Sequence record: PV037725.1
Strand: one strand, 5' to 3'
Length of the DNA: 64,000 nucleotides
Made by a program: the position numbers and the translations under genes. Of this stretch, positions 54,070 to 63,413 are shown in pieces. The notes under the pieces were generated by a model. It made no database searches. It was not told the DNA's origin and was given only the letters and a program-made list of their open reading frames with translations. Position 1 is the stretch's first letter. Every line of letters begins with the position of its first letter.

Positions 54070-54443
54070 ACCTCTACATTAAGCGTGACCCGCTCGTTCT
54101 CCAAGCCGATGAGTTCTTGCAAGTACTGGAGAACAGTCTTCGTGATATCGGTGAAGGTGTTGCTCGTGATTTCATCCACATGGACCGTACTCACTGCGGT
54201 ATGAAATTCACTTATGCTGTGCGTACGGTTGAGTTCGAACAACGTGGTACCGCTGATGAGTTTTGGCTCATCATGTCTCGTGGTACTAAGGGTACGATTT
54301 CATCGTCGTTTCTGGCCAAGGATGAAGAACTCATCGAAGCTATCAATGTAACACTGAACTGGTTGATTCATCAGGAGTTCAGTACCACCAACCACGTCGA
54401 GCTTACAGCTGCTCTGGCCAAGGAAGCGAGTAAATATGAATAA
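54066..54443 (+). CDS. hypothetical protein
   Basis: GGAG RBS, ATGA overlap. Confidence 0.7.
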   Translation: MNLYIKRDPLVLQADEFLQVLENSLRDIGEGVARDFIHMDRTHCGMKFTYAVRTVEFEQRGTADEFWLIMSRGTKGTISSSFLAKDEELIEAINVTLNWLIHQEFSTTNHVELTAALAKEASKYE

Positions 54444-54774
54444 GCCAAAGCTGGTGATGTCCGCAGATATGGCTGCCGAGTATGCGTTGGTTCAAGCAGT
54501 TGAATATGAGCTGGGTCAGATGCCATGCACTGGTCCAGTTGAGGTACAACTGCTGAACCTCAGTCGGTTGACCTTTCGCCATGGTGATCGTGAAGTCGGG
54601 GTGAACGTACCAAACAACGGTAGCTATCACCTGTACTCGACGGCACCAGGCCATGGTTTGATCGGTGTGGTATTCGACAGCACTAAGGTAGAAGCGGCTG
54701 CTGAATACATCTGCCGTTTCGTACTCTTCGGTTTTACAGAAGCAGTACCCCAGGAGAAAAGTAAACATGATTGA
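54436..54774 (+). CDS. hypothetical protein, REV.V-N family
   Basis: REVGVNVPNNGSY. Confidence 0.7.
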   Translation: MNKPKLVMSADMAAEYALVQAVEYELGQMPCTGPVEVQLLNLSRLTFRHGDREVGVNVPNNGSYHLYSTAPGHGLIGVVFDSTKVEAAAEYICRFVLFGFTEAVPQEKSKHD

Positions 54775-55117
54775 TACCTGTCTGGAAATGTCGAACCCCA
54801 TGAAGAGTGGGTTCTTACTCACCCGTGAGGTGGAATCACAGTTGTATGGTCTACGCTGCTCCAAAAACGGTGTGGGTTTTGAGATCCGTTTCAGCCTGGG
54901 TGACGGTTATCAATCGTACCGTTCGGGTAACCGTGAAGTTTCAGTGGAGGTATCCCATAATGGGAACTACTCCATTGACTTTCTCGAGGATGGTGCGCTC
55001 CATCCAAAAGAAGGTTACTTCACCAAAGTGAATCTACTCGGTGAAGCCCATCAGGTAGCGCGCCAAATCATCGAGTTCCTCTATCCGGTACATCTTGCCA
55101 AAACACAAGGAGTATAG
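54767..55117 (+). CDS. hypothetical protein, REV.V-N family
   Basis: AGGAG RBS; REVSVEVSHNGNY. Confidence 0.7.
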   Translation: MIDTCLEMSNPMKSGFLLTREVESQLYGLRCSKNGVGFEIRFSLGDGYQSYRSGNREVSVEVSHNGNYSIDFLEDGALHPKEGYFTKVNLLGEAHQVARQIIEFLYPVHLAKTQGV

Positions 55118-55118
55118 A

Positions 55119-55436
55119 ATGTCCCGTTTTCTGTTTAGCTCGACCTTTTCATTTATTGCCCAGTTGGTTGATTGGTTCATCCATAATGAACCGGCCAGTC
55201 AGCGTGTTGGTGAGAAGCGTGTGTTGGTACATGTTATCACCGATGGTGTCCGATTCAATAACCTGGCCAAGGATCGTGAGATCCACGTAACCGTTTCAAA
55301 TAAAGACGTGCGTATTTGTTTTTATTTGGATGGTGTATGGCATGCAGGTTTGGACGTCTATGTCACTACAGTTGATATCGACCAGATCGGTAAAGCTGTA
55401 GTTGACTTCTTCAATCAACCCGAGGTGGCGCAATAA
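55119..55436 (+). CDS. hypothetical protein, REV.V-N family
   Basis: AAGGAG RBS, ATG 55119; REIHVTVSNKDV. Confidence 0.7.
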   Translation: MSRFLFSSTFSFIAQLVDWFIHNEPASQRVGEKRVLVHVITDGVRFNNLAKDREIHVTVSNKDVRICFYLDGVWHAGLDVYVTTVDIDQIGKAVVDFFNQPEVAQ

Positions 55437-56179
55437 TGGCACACGTACATATCCGCACTGTAACATCCCATGCCGAGCTGGTCCGTGCAATGGTCCCACA
55501 GTTCATCGATACTGTTGAAGGTATGGGTGAAGATCTGTTCATCAATAACGTTAAAGACGGTATTGAGTTCGCAACTGGTGACCGTCGTCGGGTGGCAATG
55601 GTAACTGGACACAACATCTCAGATAACTGTGTTCGCATTACCTGGATCGAAACGTTTGAGGGTGACACAAAAAGCTGGGAAGAGGACATCACCACTCATA
55701 GTCTCGAATCACTGTTTGGTGTGGTTGAAGCCATGGTGCGCTTTGTCTGTGACGGTGTGTGGCCAGGCTTCTGCACACGTCATCGTAAATCTAAACCTCG
55801 GGTGACGCAGTTTAAAGACGACAAGCCTTACGGTACGGTTGACCTGGTGGTACTGATCAGTTCCAGTATGGAAACCATGACACTCTATCAAGAGTACATG
55901 GATCGGAAGTGGAGTTACGTCCAAGACATGGGTGGCTACATGCACACGATCGGTCACATCAATGATCGACCTATCTGCATTTCGCCAATGATCCACAAGG
56001 TCGCTGGCCTGAACGTGTTGTACGTCGAAGCTAACACCTCATTGATTGACTGGGAAATGATTGAAGATTGGGTTCGTGAGGTAACTGGGAAACCGGACAT
56101 TCGAATCCAGAACTCCCCTACCAATTTTTGCGGCGATATCTTAAGTAAGCTTCGTGAGTGTGCCCAAGAGCGTAAGTAA
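55436..56179 (+). CDS. two-domain hypothetical protein
   Basis: TAATG overlap; N-terminal half resembles the preceding family. Confidence 0.7.
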   Translation: MAHVHIRTVTSHAELVRAMVPQFIDTVEGMGEDLFINNVKDGIEFATGDRRRVAMVTGHNISDNCVRITWIETFEGDTKSWEEDITTHSLESLFGVVEAMVRFVCDGVWPGFCTRHRKSKPRVTQFKDDKPYGTVDLVVLISSSMETMTLYQEYMDRKWSYVQDMGGYMHTIGHINDRPICISPMIHKVAGLNVLYVEANTSLIDWEMIEDWVREVTGKPDIRIQNSPTNFCGDILSKLRECAQERK

Positions 56180-56191
56180 CGGTGTTTAATT

Positions 56192-56235
56192 GAGTACCTC
56201 CACCTTCGGGTGGGGGTTACTCCTTTTCTTTTTTT
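56192..56235 (+). terminator. intrinsic terminator
   Basis: GAGTA-CCTCCACC-TTCG-GGTGGGGG-T-TACTC followed by U-tract. Confidence 0.8.
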
Positions 56236-56272
56236 GCCGTATCATGTGTACTCTCAATACCTAGAGGTCATC

Positions 56273-57094
56273 ATGAGCTGCTGTACTCCTAGAGATAAAC
56301 CTGATTCTACTATCCCATTTGAACAGATGGGTTGTCCTTGTGACACTTGGGCGCACTTGAAAGATATGTTTGTATATCTTAAAGATGAACGCGCTGGCGT
56401 GGTACCATGTGTACCCACTCAATTTACCGTACAGTGGAGTTTCATTGATGCGATGACTTATATGTATTCGGTCACTGATGTTTTGACTGGTGAAGTAATT
56501 GAATACAGTGTTGCTAAGGACTATGTTCGAGAAACCGCCCTGGACGCATTTGAGCGCGATTGGCGTACAAGGGAACTCATGTATAATCGTGGAGTTGTTT
56601 GTGCCCTGAACGATCTCCTAGAGGCCATGGAAGACCTTAACCCAGCTATACACTACAAGTTAGAACGAAAGGTTGACGAAGGTTACATTATTCATAAACC
56701 CATCGAACGTGAGTTGGGGGTTGTGGTATTCAAAGTTGAGTACCATGTTGTCCATCTTAATGAACCGGTTAAGGATAAGTTGGAATTCCAACTACGCTAT
56801 CCAGACAACAAGATCGAATTCCCTCAAGAGCTGATCAGTGATGTTGCATACGGCACGAATGTACTCGTTCGGAGATTCCGTAAGATCGGTGTGCGCTTTG
56901 AAGGGATTGTCAGCGAAAGGGTAAAAGACTTTGAGCGCTTTTCAGTAATCGGTTTTAGTTATCGTGATCATGATACTGCTAACGTAATTAAGATCAGTTA
57001 TCAAGACATGGACCTCAATGACCCGACCCTTCGAACCTATCACGAATACTACACTAAACAAGGTCCACAAAATGGCTATTACCACTGCAAGTAA
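56273..57094 (+). CDS. hypothetical protein
   Basis: GAGG RBS, ATG 56273. Confidence 0.7.
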   Translation: MSCCTPRDKPDSTIPFEQMGCPCDTWAHLKDMFVYLKDERAGVVPCVPTQFTVQWSFIDAMTYMYSVTDVLTGEVIEYSVAKDYVRETALDAFERDWRTRELMYNRGVVCALNDLLEAMEDLNPAIHYKLERKVDEGYIIHKPIERELGVVVFKVEYHVVHLNEPVKDKLEFQLRYPDNKIEFPQELISDVAYGTNVLVRRFRKIGVRFEGIVSERVKDFERFSVIGFSYRDHDTANVIKISYQDMDLNDPTLRTYHEYYTKQGPQNGYYHCK

Positions 57095-57419
57095 ATATGA
57101 GTTTGATATCGTGGCTACGGCTACTACGCTCAAGATCCCACCTAACGTACTCAAGCAAATCATTCAAAAGTTGTTTGGTATGGAAGGTTGGCGTTTGATC
57201 CCAGACACCATTAGCTTCGTAGAAGTAGCTAAGGCTTTCACGGGCACAGCTGCACCAGTAGGTCCTGTGATCATTAACGGCGAAGACACACTCACCATTG
57301 GTGTCCGCCAAGGTCAAGGTACAGACGTTGCCACAACCCAAGCTTACATCTGTAAGGCAGCTAAGACTGTATTTGATCTCAGTCCCTGGGCTTCCCAGAT
57401 GGATGCAAGTTTGAAATGA
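57072..57419 (+). CDS. hypothetical (possibly structural) protein
   Basis: ATG 57072; 115 aa. Confidence 0.65.
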   Translation: MAITTASKYEFDIVATATTLKIPPNVLKQIIQKLFGMEGWRLIPDTISFVEVAKAFTGTAAPVGPVIINGEDTLTIGVRQGQGTDVATTQAYICKAAKTVFDLSPWASQMDASLK

Positions 57420-57454
57420 CATATTGCCCCTCCCGTAAAGGAGGGGCTTTATGC
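57419..57454 (+). terminator. terminator, GCCCCTCC family
   Basis: ACATA-TT-GCCCCTCC-CGTAAA-GGAGGGGC-TT-TATGC. Confidence 0.75.
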
Positions 57455-57458
57455 CGTC

Positions 57459-57486
57459 AACTCAATTTATTTGAGATTTATATCAT
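57459..57486 (+). promoter_or_regulatory. early-type promoter with CTCAA-N5-TTGAG inverted repeat
   Basis: AACTCAATTTATTTGAGATTTATATCAT; near-identical to 28776-28803. Confidence 0.6.
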
Positions 57487-57518
57487 GTTTGTGTAATCCA
57501 ACCAATGAGACTGTAAAG

Positions 57519-57800
57519 ATGACAACTATCGCTAAGATCATTCGTAAAGCAAATAAGAAAGCTGCCCGTCAAGCCGATAAAAAGGCTCGCGCTCAGATTG
57601 TAGCCGAACACAACTTGGCTTTTGACTATAAGAAAGTGGTTGAAGCTGAAAAGAAACCAGCATTCGTGGCAATTGATGCTGAGTCGTGGAACAGTCCTTT
57701 CCGTGGTGACATCAATATCCCCACACCTTCGTTGGGTGAGATGTTTATGGTAACTGATCGTCGTCGTAAAGAAACAGTTGTAGTACCAAAAGGGGTTTAA
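57519..57800 (+). CDS. basic hypothetical protein
   Basis: ATG 57519; Lys/Arg-rich N-terminus. Confidence 0.65.
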   Translation: MTTIAKIIRKANKKAARQADKKARAQIVAEHNLAFDYKKVVEAEKKPAFVAIDAESWNSPFRGDINIPTPSLGEMFMVTDRRRKETVVVPKGV

Positions 57801-57801
57801 G

Positions 57802-58017
57802 ATGGTAAGGGCTTGGAACAAACAACGCAAGTTTACTGAAACAGCGCCACATCGTAAAGCGTTGGCTAAGCGGTATAACCCACCTAAGTTCCATCGCAAG
57901 ACGTGGTATTGCAAAGATAGTGACTTCGGCTATCAGATGGCAAAAGGTATCTACTGGTCGGAAAGATTTCATCCTCGTCCAGTTATCGAATATTCCAGTT
58001 GGTCTTTACAGGGGTAA
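57802..58017 (+). CDS. basic hypothetical protein
   Basis: AAGGGG RBS; 71 aa. Confidence 0.55.
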   Translation: MVRAWNKQRKFTETAPHRKALAKRYNPPKFHRKTWYCKDSDFGYQMAKGIYWSERFHPRPVIEYSSWSLQG

Positions 58018-58021
58018 GGTT

Positions 58022-58477
58022 GTGAGCATTAAAGATCATTTGTATACACCAGAAGAAGCTACTCGACAACATAACGCCGGTACTGATATCGGTCGGGGTA
58101 GTGAACTCAGTTTTGGGTTCCGTGCATGGATGCCAGCAGTTACCATTCAAGGTAATGATTACAGTCTGGCTTACGAGAACATCACTGAAGACCACATCAA
58201 GGGTATTCCTGTAAAGCGGGATGACCGAGTGATCGGATACATTGAGTCCCTTAAGGATGGTTTGGCTACACTAAAACTAAATGAGGGTGAGACGCTAGAA
58301 CTCTCACCAGAACCTTCCGTTAGTATATCGGTGGGTAAGGTTGGGTTTATCGGTGAAGGACTCGAGGGAGCAATGCTGGAGTCTTTGGATCGTACTGTGG
58401 GTAGAGCACTGCGACCTATTGAACCGTTTGTAAAAGAAATGGCCCAAGGTGGCAACTATGAAGGAGTTAAGCAATGA
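58022..58477 (+). CDS. hypothetical protein
   Basis: AAGG RBS before GTG 58022 (ORF open from 57920). Confidence 0.6.
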   Translation: MSIKDHLYTPEEATRQHNAGTDIGRGSELSFGFRAWMPAVTIQGNDYSLAYENITEDHIKGIPVKRDDRVIGYIESLKDGLATLKLNEGETLELSPEPSVSISVGKVGFIGEGLEGAMLESLDRTVGRALRPIEPFVKEMAQGGNYEGVKQ

Positions 58478-58632
58478 GTCGAGTCAGTAAAGGTAAAGTA
58501 CGATACCTCAAAGGTCTGTACTGGGTCCGCTGTAAGGTGACATTCACGATCACTGACCTTTCGGATGTCTTACTAGACCCGATTGACCAACTACCAATGC
58601 GTATGCTGTTTACAGAGAAGGGTCCAGTATGA
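58474..58632 (+). CDS. small hypothetical protein (52 aa, not in ORF track)
   Basis: AAGGAG RBS, ATGA overlaps at both ends; MSRVSKGKVRYLKGLYWV... Confidence 0.6.
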   Translation: MSRVSKGKVRYLKGLYWVRCKVTFTITDLSDVLLDPIDQLPMRMLFTEKGPV

Positions 58633-58955
58633 ATAAGCCTGCTACTGAAGACGCCATGTCGTGGATGAGTCGGCATATGACTCCAAAGCTTTTTGAACGT
58701 GCCCGTGCATTAAGTGCTCGGTTGCGTGATGCCATCTTGTTACGGGATTCTCAACCGAAGCCCGAGCCTGGATACTGGGATGGAGTGCGTAAGCTAGACA
58801 GTGATGCGGATCTTGAGATCATGATCAACATTCAAGAAGTGGCACCCAATGCCAGGTATCTAACCATGCATCGTAATAAGCCACGTCCAGCTAGTACTGA
58901 AAACCTCTACTACATGGTTGACCTTCCAAAATTGCCGGCCGCGCCCGTCAGTTAA
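58629..58955 (+). CDS. hypothetical protein
   Basis: ATGA overlap; 108 aa. Confidence 0.65.
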   Translation: MNKPATEDAMSWMSRHMTPKLFERARALSARLRDAILLRDSQPKPEPGYWDGVRKLDSDADLEIMINIQEVAPNARYLTMHRNKPRPASTENLYYMVDLPKLPAAPVS

Positions 58956-59137
58956 TCTTGGTTAAAAGCAATTAGCTTCAATCGATTAGATTTATCTAAT
59001 CTTAATTTGTTATTTCTAAAGTTATTTAGTATAATAAATAGTATATTATGAGGGGGGTGCCTTGGTGGCCCCCGAATAATATTCCTTATTCTTAGTATAG
59101 CGTTAAGCTATACGAAATATGCCCTCAAGAGGTCTGT
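58956..59137. other. AT-rich intergenic region with several inverted repeats
   Basis: GATTAGA-TTTA-TCTAATC, GGGGG..CCCCC, GTATAGC-GTTAA-GCTATAC, CCTC-AA-GAGG. Confidence 0.6.
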
Positions 59138-60490
59138 ATGGCTTATTACCGTGTGAGAACCGGAAACCGTGAAAGTATCGTTGAATACGATCAACCGATG
59201 TCCTTCGTAGGGGAGATCTACAAAGATCGACTCGTAGGGGAGTGTGACGAATACGGTAACCTTCGTGATGTCTACATCAGTCCAGAACTAGAAGCAGCCT
59301 TAGCTAAAGCCGGAGAGGAGTTTATTCGACTCTATCCAGAATATGCTAATTCAGCTCAACGTGCAGAAGAGTTCACTAAAATGTTGGAACCTCAAAAGGT
59401 ACTCCATCCTGAAGAGTGTGGTATCACTCAAGTGCTACCTTACATTGCGGTGATGAAAGAAGTTCATGGTCGTGTAGCCAAACCTCTACCAGCTACTCAT
59501 ACCCTCAAAGAACTACTTGAGTGTCTACCTAGCTCACAGGTACGGTGGAGTGATATTAAACCATTACCTGAGTTCTATCCTGGCTTAAAGCGAGATCTTA
59601 CCGTAGAGGGTGATGTTGTAGAGACTCCAATTACCGTAGAGGAACCAGTAGTGACTAAACTATCTCCAATTGAAACTATCCTAGCCAGAGCAGTTAATAG
59701 TGTCCCAATGCGTCACCTGACTGATTTTGGTGCTACCGAAGCAGTTAAGTATCTATTTGACAAAGTGGGGCCACAAGGGTTTAATGGACTGAACTATTCC
59801 AAGTGGATCATGGATCACGGTAATAGTAATACTTACGATCTGCTGGAAGCCCTGCAAACCACTACCACAATCCCATTGGAGAAAGCTTACCCTCTTAGTG
59901 ATGCTGAACACGCACGTTTGGTAGCGTATATTGGTAAGATCAATTCCACTATGATTGCCAATGGTTTCGACCCACACTTCGTAACACCCCCTGAAGTATG
60001 GCAGTCACAGAACGTATTCACTCCTGGATACAAGAGTGCATTTGAAATAGCTCAAGAACAAAACCCAGGACTTACCTACGACGAGTGGACTGAATCAATG
60101 CGCCCACCCAAAGTGGTAATGGACCCGAATGATCCTAATCCATTGAACCTCACTTTTGATCCGGAACAAGTACTCAAAGACTTGCGGAGGAGTCTACTCG
60201 TTGCATTGGATGACTTCCAGGCTAAGGTGAATAAGTCCTATGGCTGGTTTGATCATCTGGGTGAAGCCCGGATTAGGTTGATTGATAAACAATTCAAACA
60301 TGCCCGCAAGTATGTTAAGCAACTCGTCAATCGTTTGACTGCACCTGGTGACAACGCCGACATGGTGTTCCTCGACGGTACGGCGACTGACGAATTAGGG
60401 TTCCTGTTCCGTAGTCAAAATGACTCCGACTGGAAACGTCATTTCGCTGTTAAGTTTGTAAATGACAACTGGATTGTCGTGGAGCATTGA
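59138..60490 (+). CDS. hypothetical protein
   Basis: GAGG RBS; 450 aa. Confidence 0.8.
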   Translation: MAYYRVRTGNRESIVEYDQPMSFVGEIYKDRLVGECDEYGNLRDVYISPELEAALAKAGEEFIRLYPEYANSAQRAEEFTKMLEPQKVLHPEECGITQVLPYIAVMKEVHGRVAKPLPATHTLKELLECLPSSQVRWSDIKPLPEFYPGLKRDLTVEGDVVETPITVEEPVVTKLSPIETILARAVNSVPMRHLTDFGATEAVKYLFDKVGPQGFNGLNYSKWIMDHGNSNTYDLLEALQTTTTIPLEKAYPLSDAEHARLVAYIGKINSTMIANGFDPHFVTPPEVWQSQNVFTPGYKSAFEIAQEQNPGLTYDEWTESMRPPKVVMDPNDPNPLNLTFDPEQVLKDLRRSLLVALDDFQAKVNKSYGWFDHLGEARIRLIDKQFKHARKYVKQLVNRLTAPGDNADMVFLDGTATDELGFLFRSQNDSDWKRHFAVKFVNDNWIVVEH

Positions 60491-60491
60491 T

Positions 60492-60758
60492 ATGATGTCA
60501 ATGAAGTGCGGTACCTGTTACCAAATGCCTTGTGTATGTTACCGTATCGGAAGGCCAGGTCGGTTGTCTGAATACGAACTGCAACAACTCAGCAATGATG
60601 AACTGACTGAACTACTGGTATCGGTTAGTAAGATCGTCAAAGAACGTTTAACGGTCGTGCGTACGTCCAGCTCTACTACCACCACTCCAATCTCCATGCA
60701 TAACCTCCGACCCAACTTGGGTGAGTTTGCAGCACCTGAGGAAACAAAGAATGCCTAA
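60492..60758 (+). CDS. hypothetical protein with N-terminal CxxC/CxC
   Basis: GGAG RBS; CGTC..MPCVC. Confidence 0.6.
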   Translation: MMSMKCGTCYQMPCVCYRIGRPGRLSEYELQQLSNDELTELLVSVSKIVKERLTVVRTSSSTTTTPISMHNLRPNLGEFAAPEETKNA

Positions 60759-60924
60759 TCACAATGTCGGTCGAGTTGTAAATGTAAACGCTTGGATGCA
60801 AGACCATCTGTCTCTGGGTGGGCGATTGGAATTGGTGATCCAACGTGATGGGAAAGCTGTACTTGACTTCCTACCTAGTGAAGCACAAATCGCTGAAATC
60901 AAATCGAAACTAGAAGGAAAGTAA
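60751..60924 (+). CDS. small hypothetical protein
   Basis: GAGGA RBS, ATG 60751. Confidence 0.6.
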   Translation: MPNHNVGRVVNVNAWMQDHLSLGGRLELVIQRDGKAVLDFLPSEAQIAEIKSKLEGK

Positions 60925-60925
60925 C

Positions 60926-61435
60926 ATGGGTGTATTGAAAGCCACTGAACAGACCATCTCCGATACGTTGTCTGCATGCCGTGAACCCTTCACTGCTGAT
61001 GAACTGTTCCAGAACTGCGCAGCTGATAAGATTCCAGTGCCGTACCATCAGTGCAAGGTGTTGGCTGAGATCTCTCGGGAAACTATCAGTCGTGGTGGTT
61101 TCTACAATATCCTTACCCGTAAGGATGGCGGTAATGTACTGACGTTCTTTAACAGTCAAGGTGAACTGTTGAATGCTGTAGCGTTGAACAAACCTGAGAT
61201 CGCTAAGGATCGTAAGATTCCTAAGTTGAACTGGCTGAAGCGCTATTTCGGTAACATCGGTTATGCACCTGATCGAATTGAGATCAAGTACATCCAACGA
61301 ATCATCGAGTCACACATCCGTGATGGTGGTAGTTGGACAACCGCGTTGAACGACAACACTGTGATCTTCGTGTTGAAAATACACGGTCAAGTGAAGTCGC
61401 ACATGGAATTCCATCGGGAGGCTCGCGGTGAGTGA
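60926..61435 (+). CDS. hypothetical protein
   Basis: AAGGA RBS; 169 aa. Confidence 0.7.
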   Translation: MGVLKATEQTISDTLSACREPFTADELFQNCAADKIPVPYHQCKVLAEISRETISRGGFYNILTRKDGGNVLTFFNSQGELLNAVALNKPEIAKDRKIPKLNWLKRYFGNIGYAPDRIEIKYIQRIIESHIRDGGSWTTALNDNTVIFVLKIHGQVKSHMEFHREARGE

Positions 61436-61757
61436 ATCTGGTATTGCGATCGATCCAGTTTCTAAAACAGTGGTGTTGATTGGCGTAGACTTGATTCAAA
61501 GGCTGCTAACCTATTCAACCGGTGTCTATACCCTGTCGGACTTCAATCGTATCGCTACCACCATTGTGCGCCACTCCGGCGCACATTATGGCGCAAGCCT
61601 CGATGGAGTGACCGACGATGAATGGTGCCTGGCTACAATGACGGTAGAAGACAGTAGGTTGCTTGCGAGTTATCTCAAAGATCCTGCTGCTGAAGTATCC
61701 ATGATGGACTTCAGTTATCCTGTCAAACCAACTGCGGTTAAGAAACAACTGCACTAA
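61428..61757 (+). CDS. hypothetical protein
   Basis: GGAGG RBS, GTG start. Confidence 0.65.
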   Translation: MSESGIAIDPVSKTVVLIGVDLIQRLLTYSTGVYTLSDFNRIATTIVRHSGAHYGASLDGVTDDEWCLATMTVEDSRLLASYLKDPAAEVSMMDFSYPVKPTAVKKQLH

Positions 61758-61825
61758 CCCTATGTGATTAATTTACCCGAGGTACGTATACTGTGTTGAA
61801 ACCGTATAATTTTGAGGAACCAAAG

Positions 61826-62773
61826 ATGCCTACTAAAGTTTGTCTGATCTTCGCTGGTGGTGCAGGTCTGAACATCGCCACCAAGCTGGTTGATCTGGGT
61901 GATATCGTACATTGCTTCGATACTGGCGACAAGAACGTTGTTGACGAGCACCGTGCAGTCAATGTTACTCTGACTAAAGGCACTCGTGGTGCAGGCGGTA
62001 ACCGTAAGGTAATCCTGCCGTTGGTCCGTCCACAGATCCCTGCTCTGATGGATACCCTCCCTGAAGCTGACTTCTACATTTTGGCTTATAGCCTGGGTGG
62101 TGGTTCTGGTTCAGTATTGGGTCCGCTGATTACTGCTCAACTGGCTGATCGCAAAGCGGCGTTCGTTAGCTTCGTAGTCGGCGCAATGCAATCGACCGAT
62201 GTGCTGGGTAACGATATCGATACCATGAAGACCCTCGAGTCTATCGCGGTTAAGAAAGGTACGCCAGTCGTAGTCAACTACACTGCTAACGCCCAAGGTC
62301 GCACCTTCGATTCAATCAACAATGAAATTGCTGAGAAGATCCGCAAGGTAGTATTCCTGGTTAATCAAAACCATGGTCGCCTGGACGTGCACGACGTAAC
62401 CAACTGGGTTCGGTTCAATGACAAGCATGACTATCTGATCCCACAAGTATGTGAACTGCACATCGAAACCGCTCGTAAAGATGCAGAGAACGTACCTGAG
62501 GCCATCTCGACGATCAGTCTGTATCTCGATGCAGCTAAAGAAGTTGCGTTCGGTACCCCGATCTATCGTAAGGCTGGTATCATCAAAGCTGATGATCTCG
62601 ATGCCACCGATGAGCAGATCCACTTCGTCATTAACTCCGTGGGCGTGACCGAGATCATGAAAACGATCACTGACACCAAACTGGAGATGACTCGTCAACA
62701 GTCTAAGTTCGCACAACGTAGCCCAATCCTCGACGCTGATGATAACGTCGATGAAGACTGCATGGTAGTTTGA
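61826..62773 (+). CDS. phuZ: phage tubulin PhuZ
   Basis: MPTKVCLIFAGGAG, GAGG, tubulin signature SLGGGSGS, T7 loop LDVHD, acidic C-terminal tail; GAGGA RBS. Confidence 0.95.
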   Translation: MPTKVCLIFAGGAGLNIATKLVDLGDIVHCFDTGDKNVVDEHRAVNVTLTKGTRGAGGNRKVILPLVRPQIPALMDTLPEADFYILAYSLGGGSGSVLGPLITAQLADRKAAFVSFVVGAMQSTDVLGNDIDTMKTLESIAVKKGTPVVVNYTANAQGRTFDSINNEIAEKIRKVVFLVNQNHGRLDVHDVTNWVRFNDKHDYLIPQVCELHIETARKDAENVPEAISTISLYLDAAKEVAFGTPIYRKAGIIKADDLDATDEQIHFVINSVGVTEIMKTITDTKLEMTRQQSKFAQRSPILDADDNVDEDCMVV

Positions 62774-62777
62774 TTAA

Positions 62778-62805
62778 TAGCCCCTCCTTCGGGAGGGGTT
62801 TTATT
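62778..62805 (+). terminator. terminator, GCCCCTCC family
   Basis: GCCCCTCC-TTCG-GGAGGGGT-TTTATTT. Confidence 0.8.
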
Positions 62806-62821
62806 TCGCTTAGGAGTTAAC

Positions 62822-63103
62822 ATGAACGACAATGATGATATCTTCAATGAAAGTTTCGCTCCACCTCCATCGTGGAAACCTAAAAGTAAATTCGAATTCT
62901 GGCAGGGCGATAAGATCCACTTCAATGGCACAACGTTTCATATCTACCGGGCCACAGTAGACTATGTAACGATCATGATCCGCAAGATGGATGTTGATGC
63001 AAACCTGATGCAGTTCATGGATACGCAATACGATGCCGTTTATATTGGTCCAATGATTGAATGGACTGACGGTGTACACGTTACCTTTAAAAGGAAAGCC
63101 TAA
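62822..63103 (+). CDS. hypothetical protein
   Basis: AGGAG RBS; 93 aa. Confidence 0.7.
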   Translation: MNDNDDIFNESFAPPPSWKPKSKFEFWQGDKIHFNGTTFHIYRATVDYVTIMIRKMDVDANLMQFMDTQYDAVYIGPMIEWTDGVHVTFKRKA

Positions 63104-63104
63104 G

Positions 63105-63413
63105 ATGGCGTTGTTCCGCGTAGATAACACCGAGTTTGACGTTGGTGAGTATTCCCATGAGCGTATACTCTGGCTCGACGTATTAGTCCGTGGGGAACGG
63201 ATGTTTAGCGAACCGGTTCAATTGACAAATCAACCCTACGGTAAAAAGCTGGTGGAGTTGATCCGTAAATCAGAAACTACAGTTGAAGTCGTGTTCAATT
63301 CACAATTACACACCCCTGGTCATCGATACGATCATACTGTCGATTTGATCTTGCGTGATGAGGGTACTAAAGCAATTGCTTCGGCATTCAGTGTGAATAT
63401 TTTCAAAGAGTGA
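63105..63413 (+). CDS. hypothetical protein (paralogue of 63410..63796)
   Basis: AAGGA RBS, ATG 63105. Confidence 0.65.
   Translation: MALFRVDNTEFDVGEYSHERILWLDVLVRGERMFSEPVQLTNQPYGKKLVELIRKSETTVEVVFNSQLHTPGHRYDHTVDLILRDEGTKAIASAFSVNIFKE

Noticed and set aside
61805-61810. TATAAT upstream of phuZ as a sigma70 promoter
   Set aside because: No -35 element at the correct spacing, and it lies too close to the RBS.
9401-62805. GCCCCTCC repeats as a CRISPR array or integron attC sites
   Set aside because: Not regularly spaced, no cas or integrase gene in the window, and no RYYYAAC/GTTRRRY cores; their positions fit terminators.
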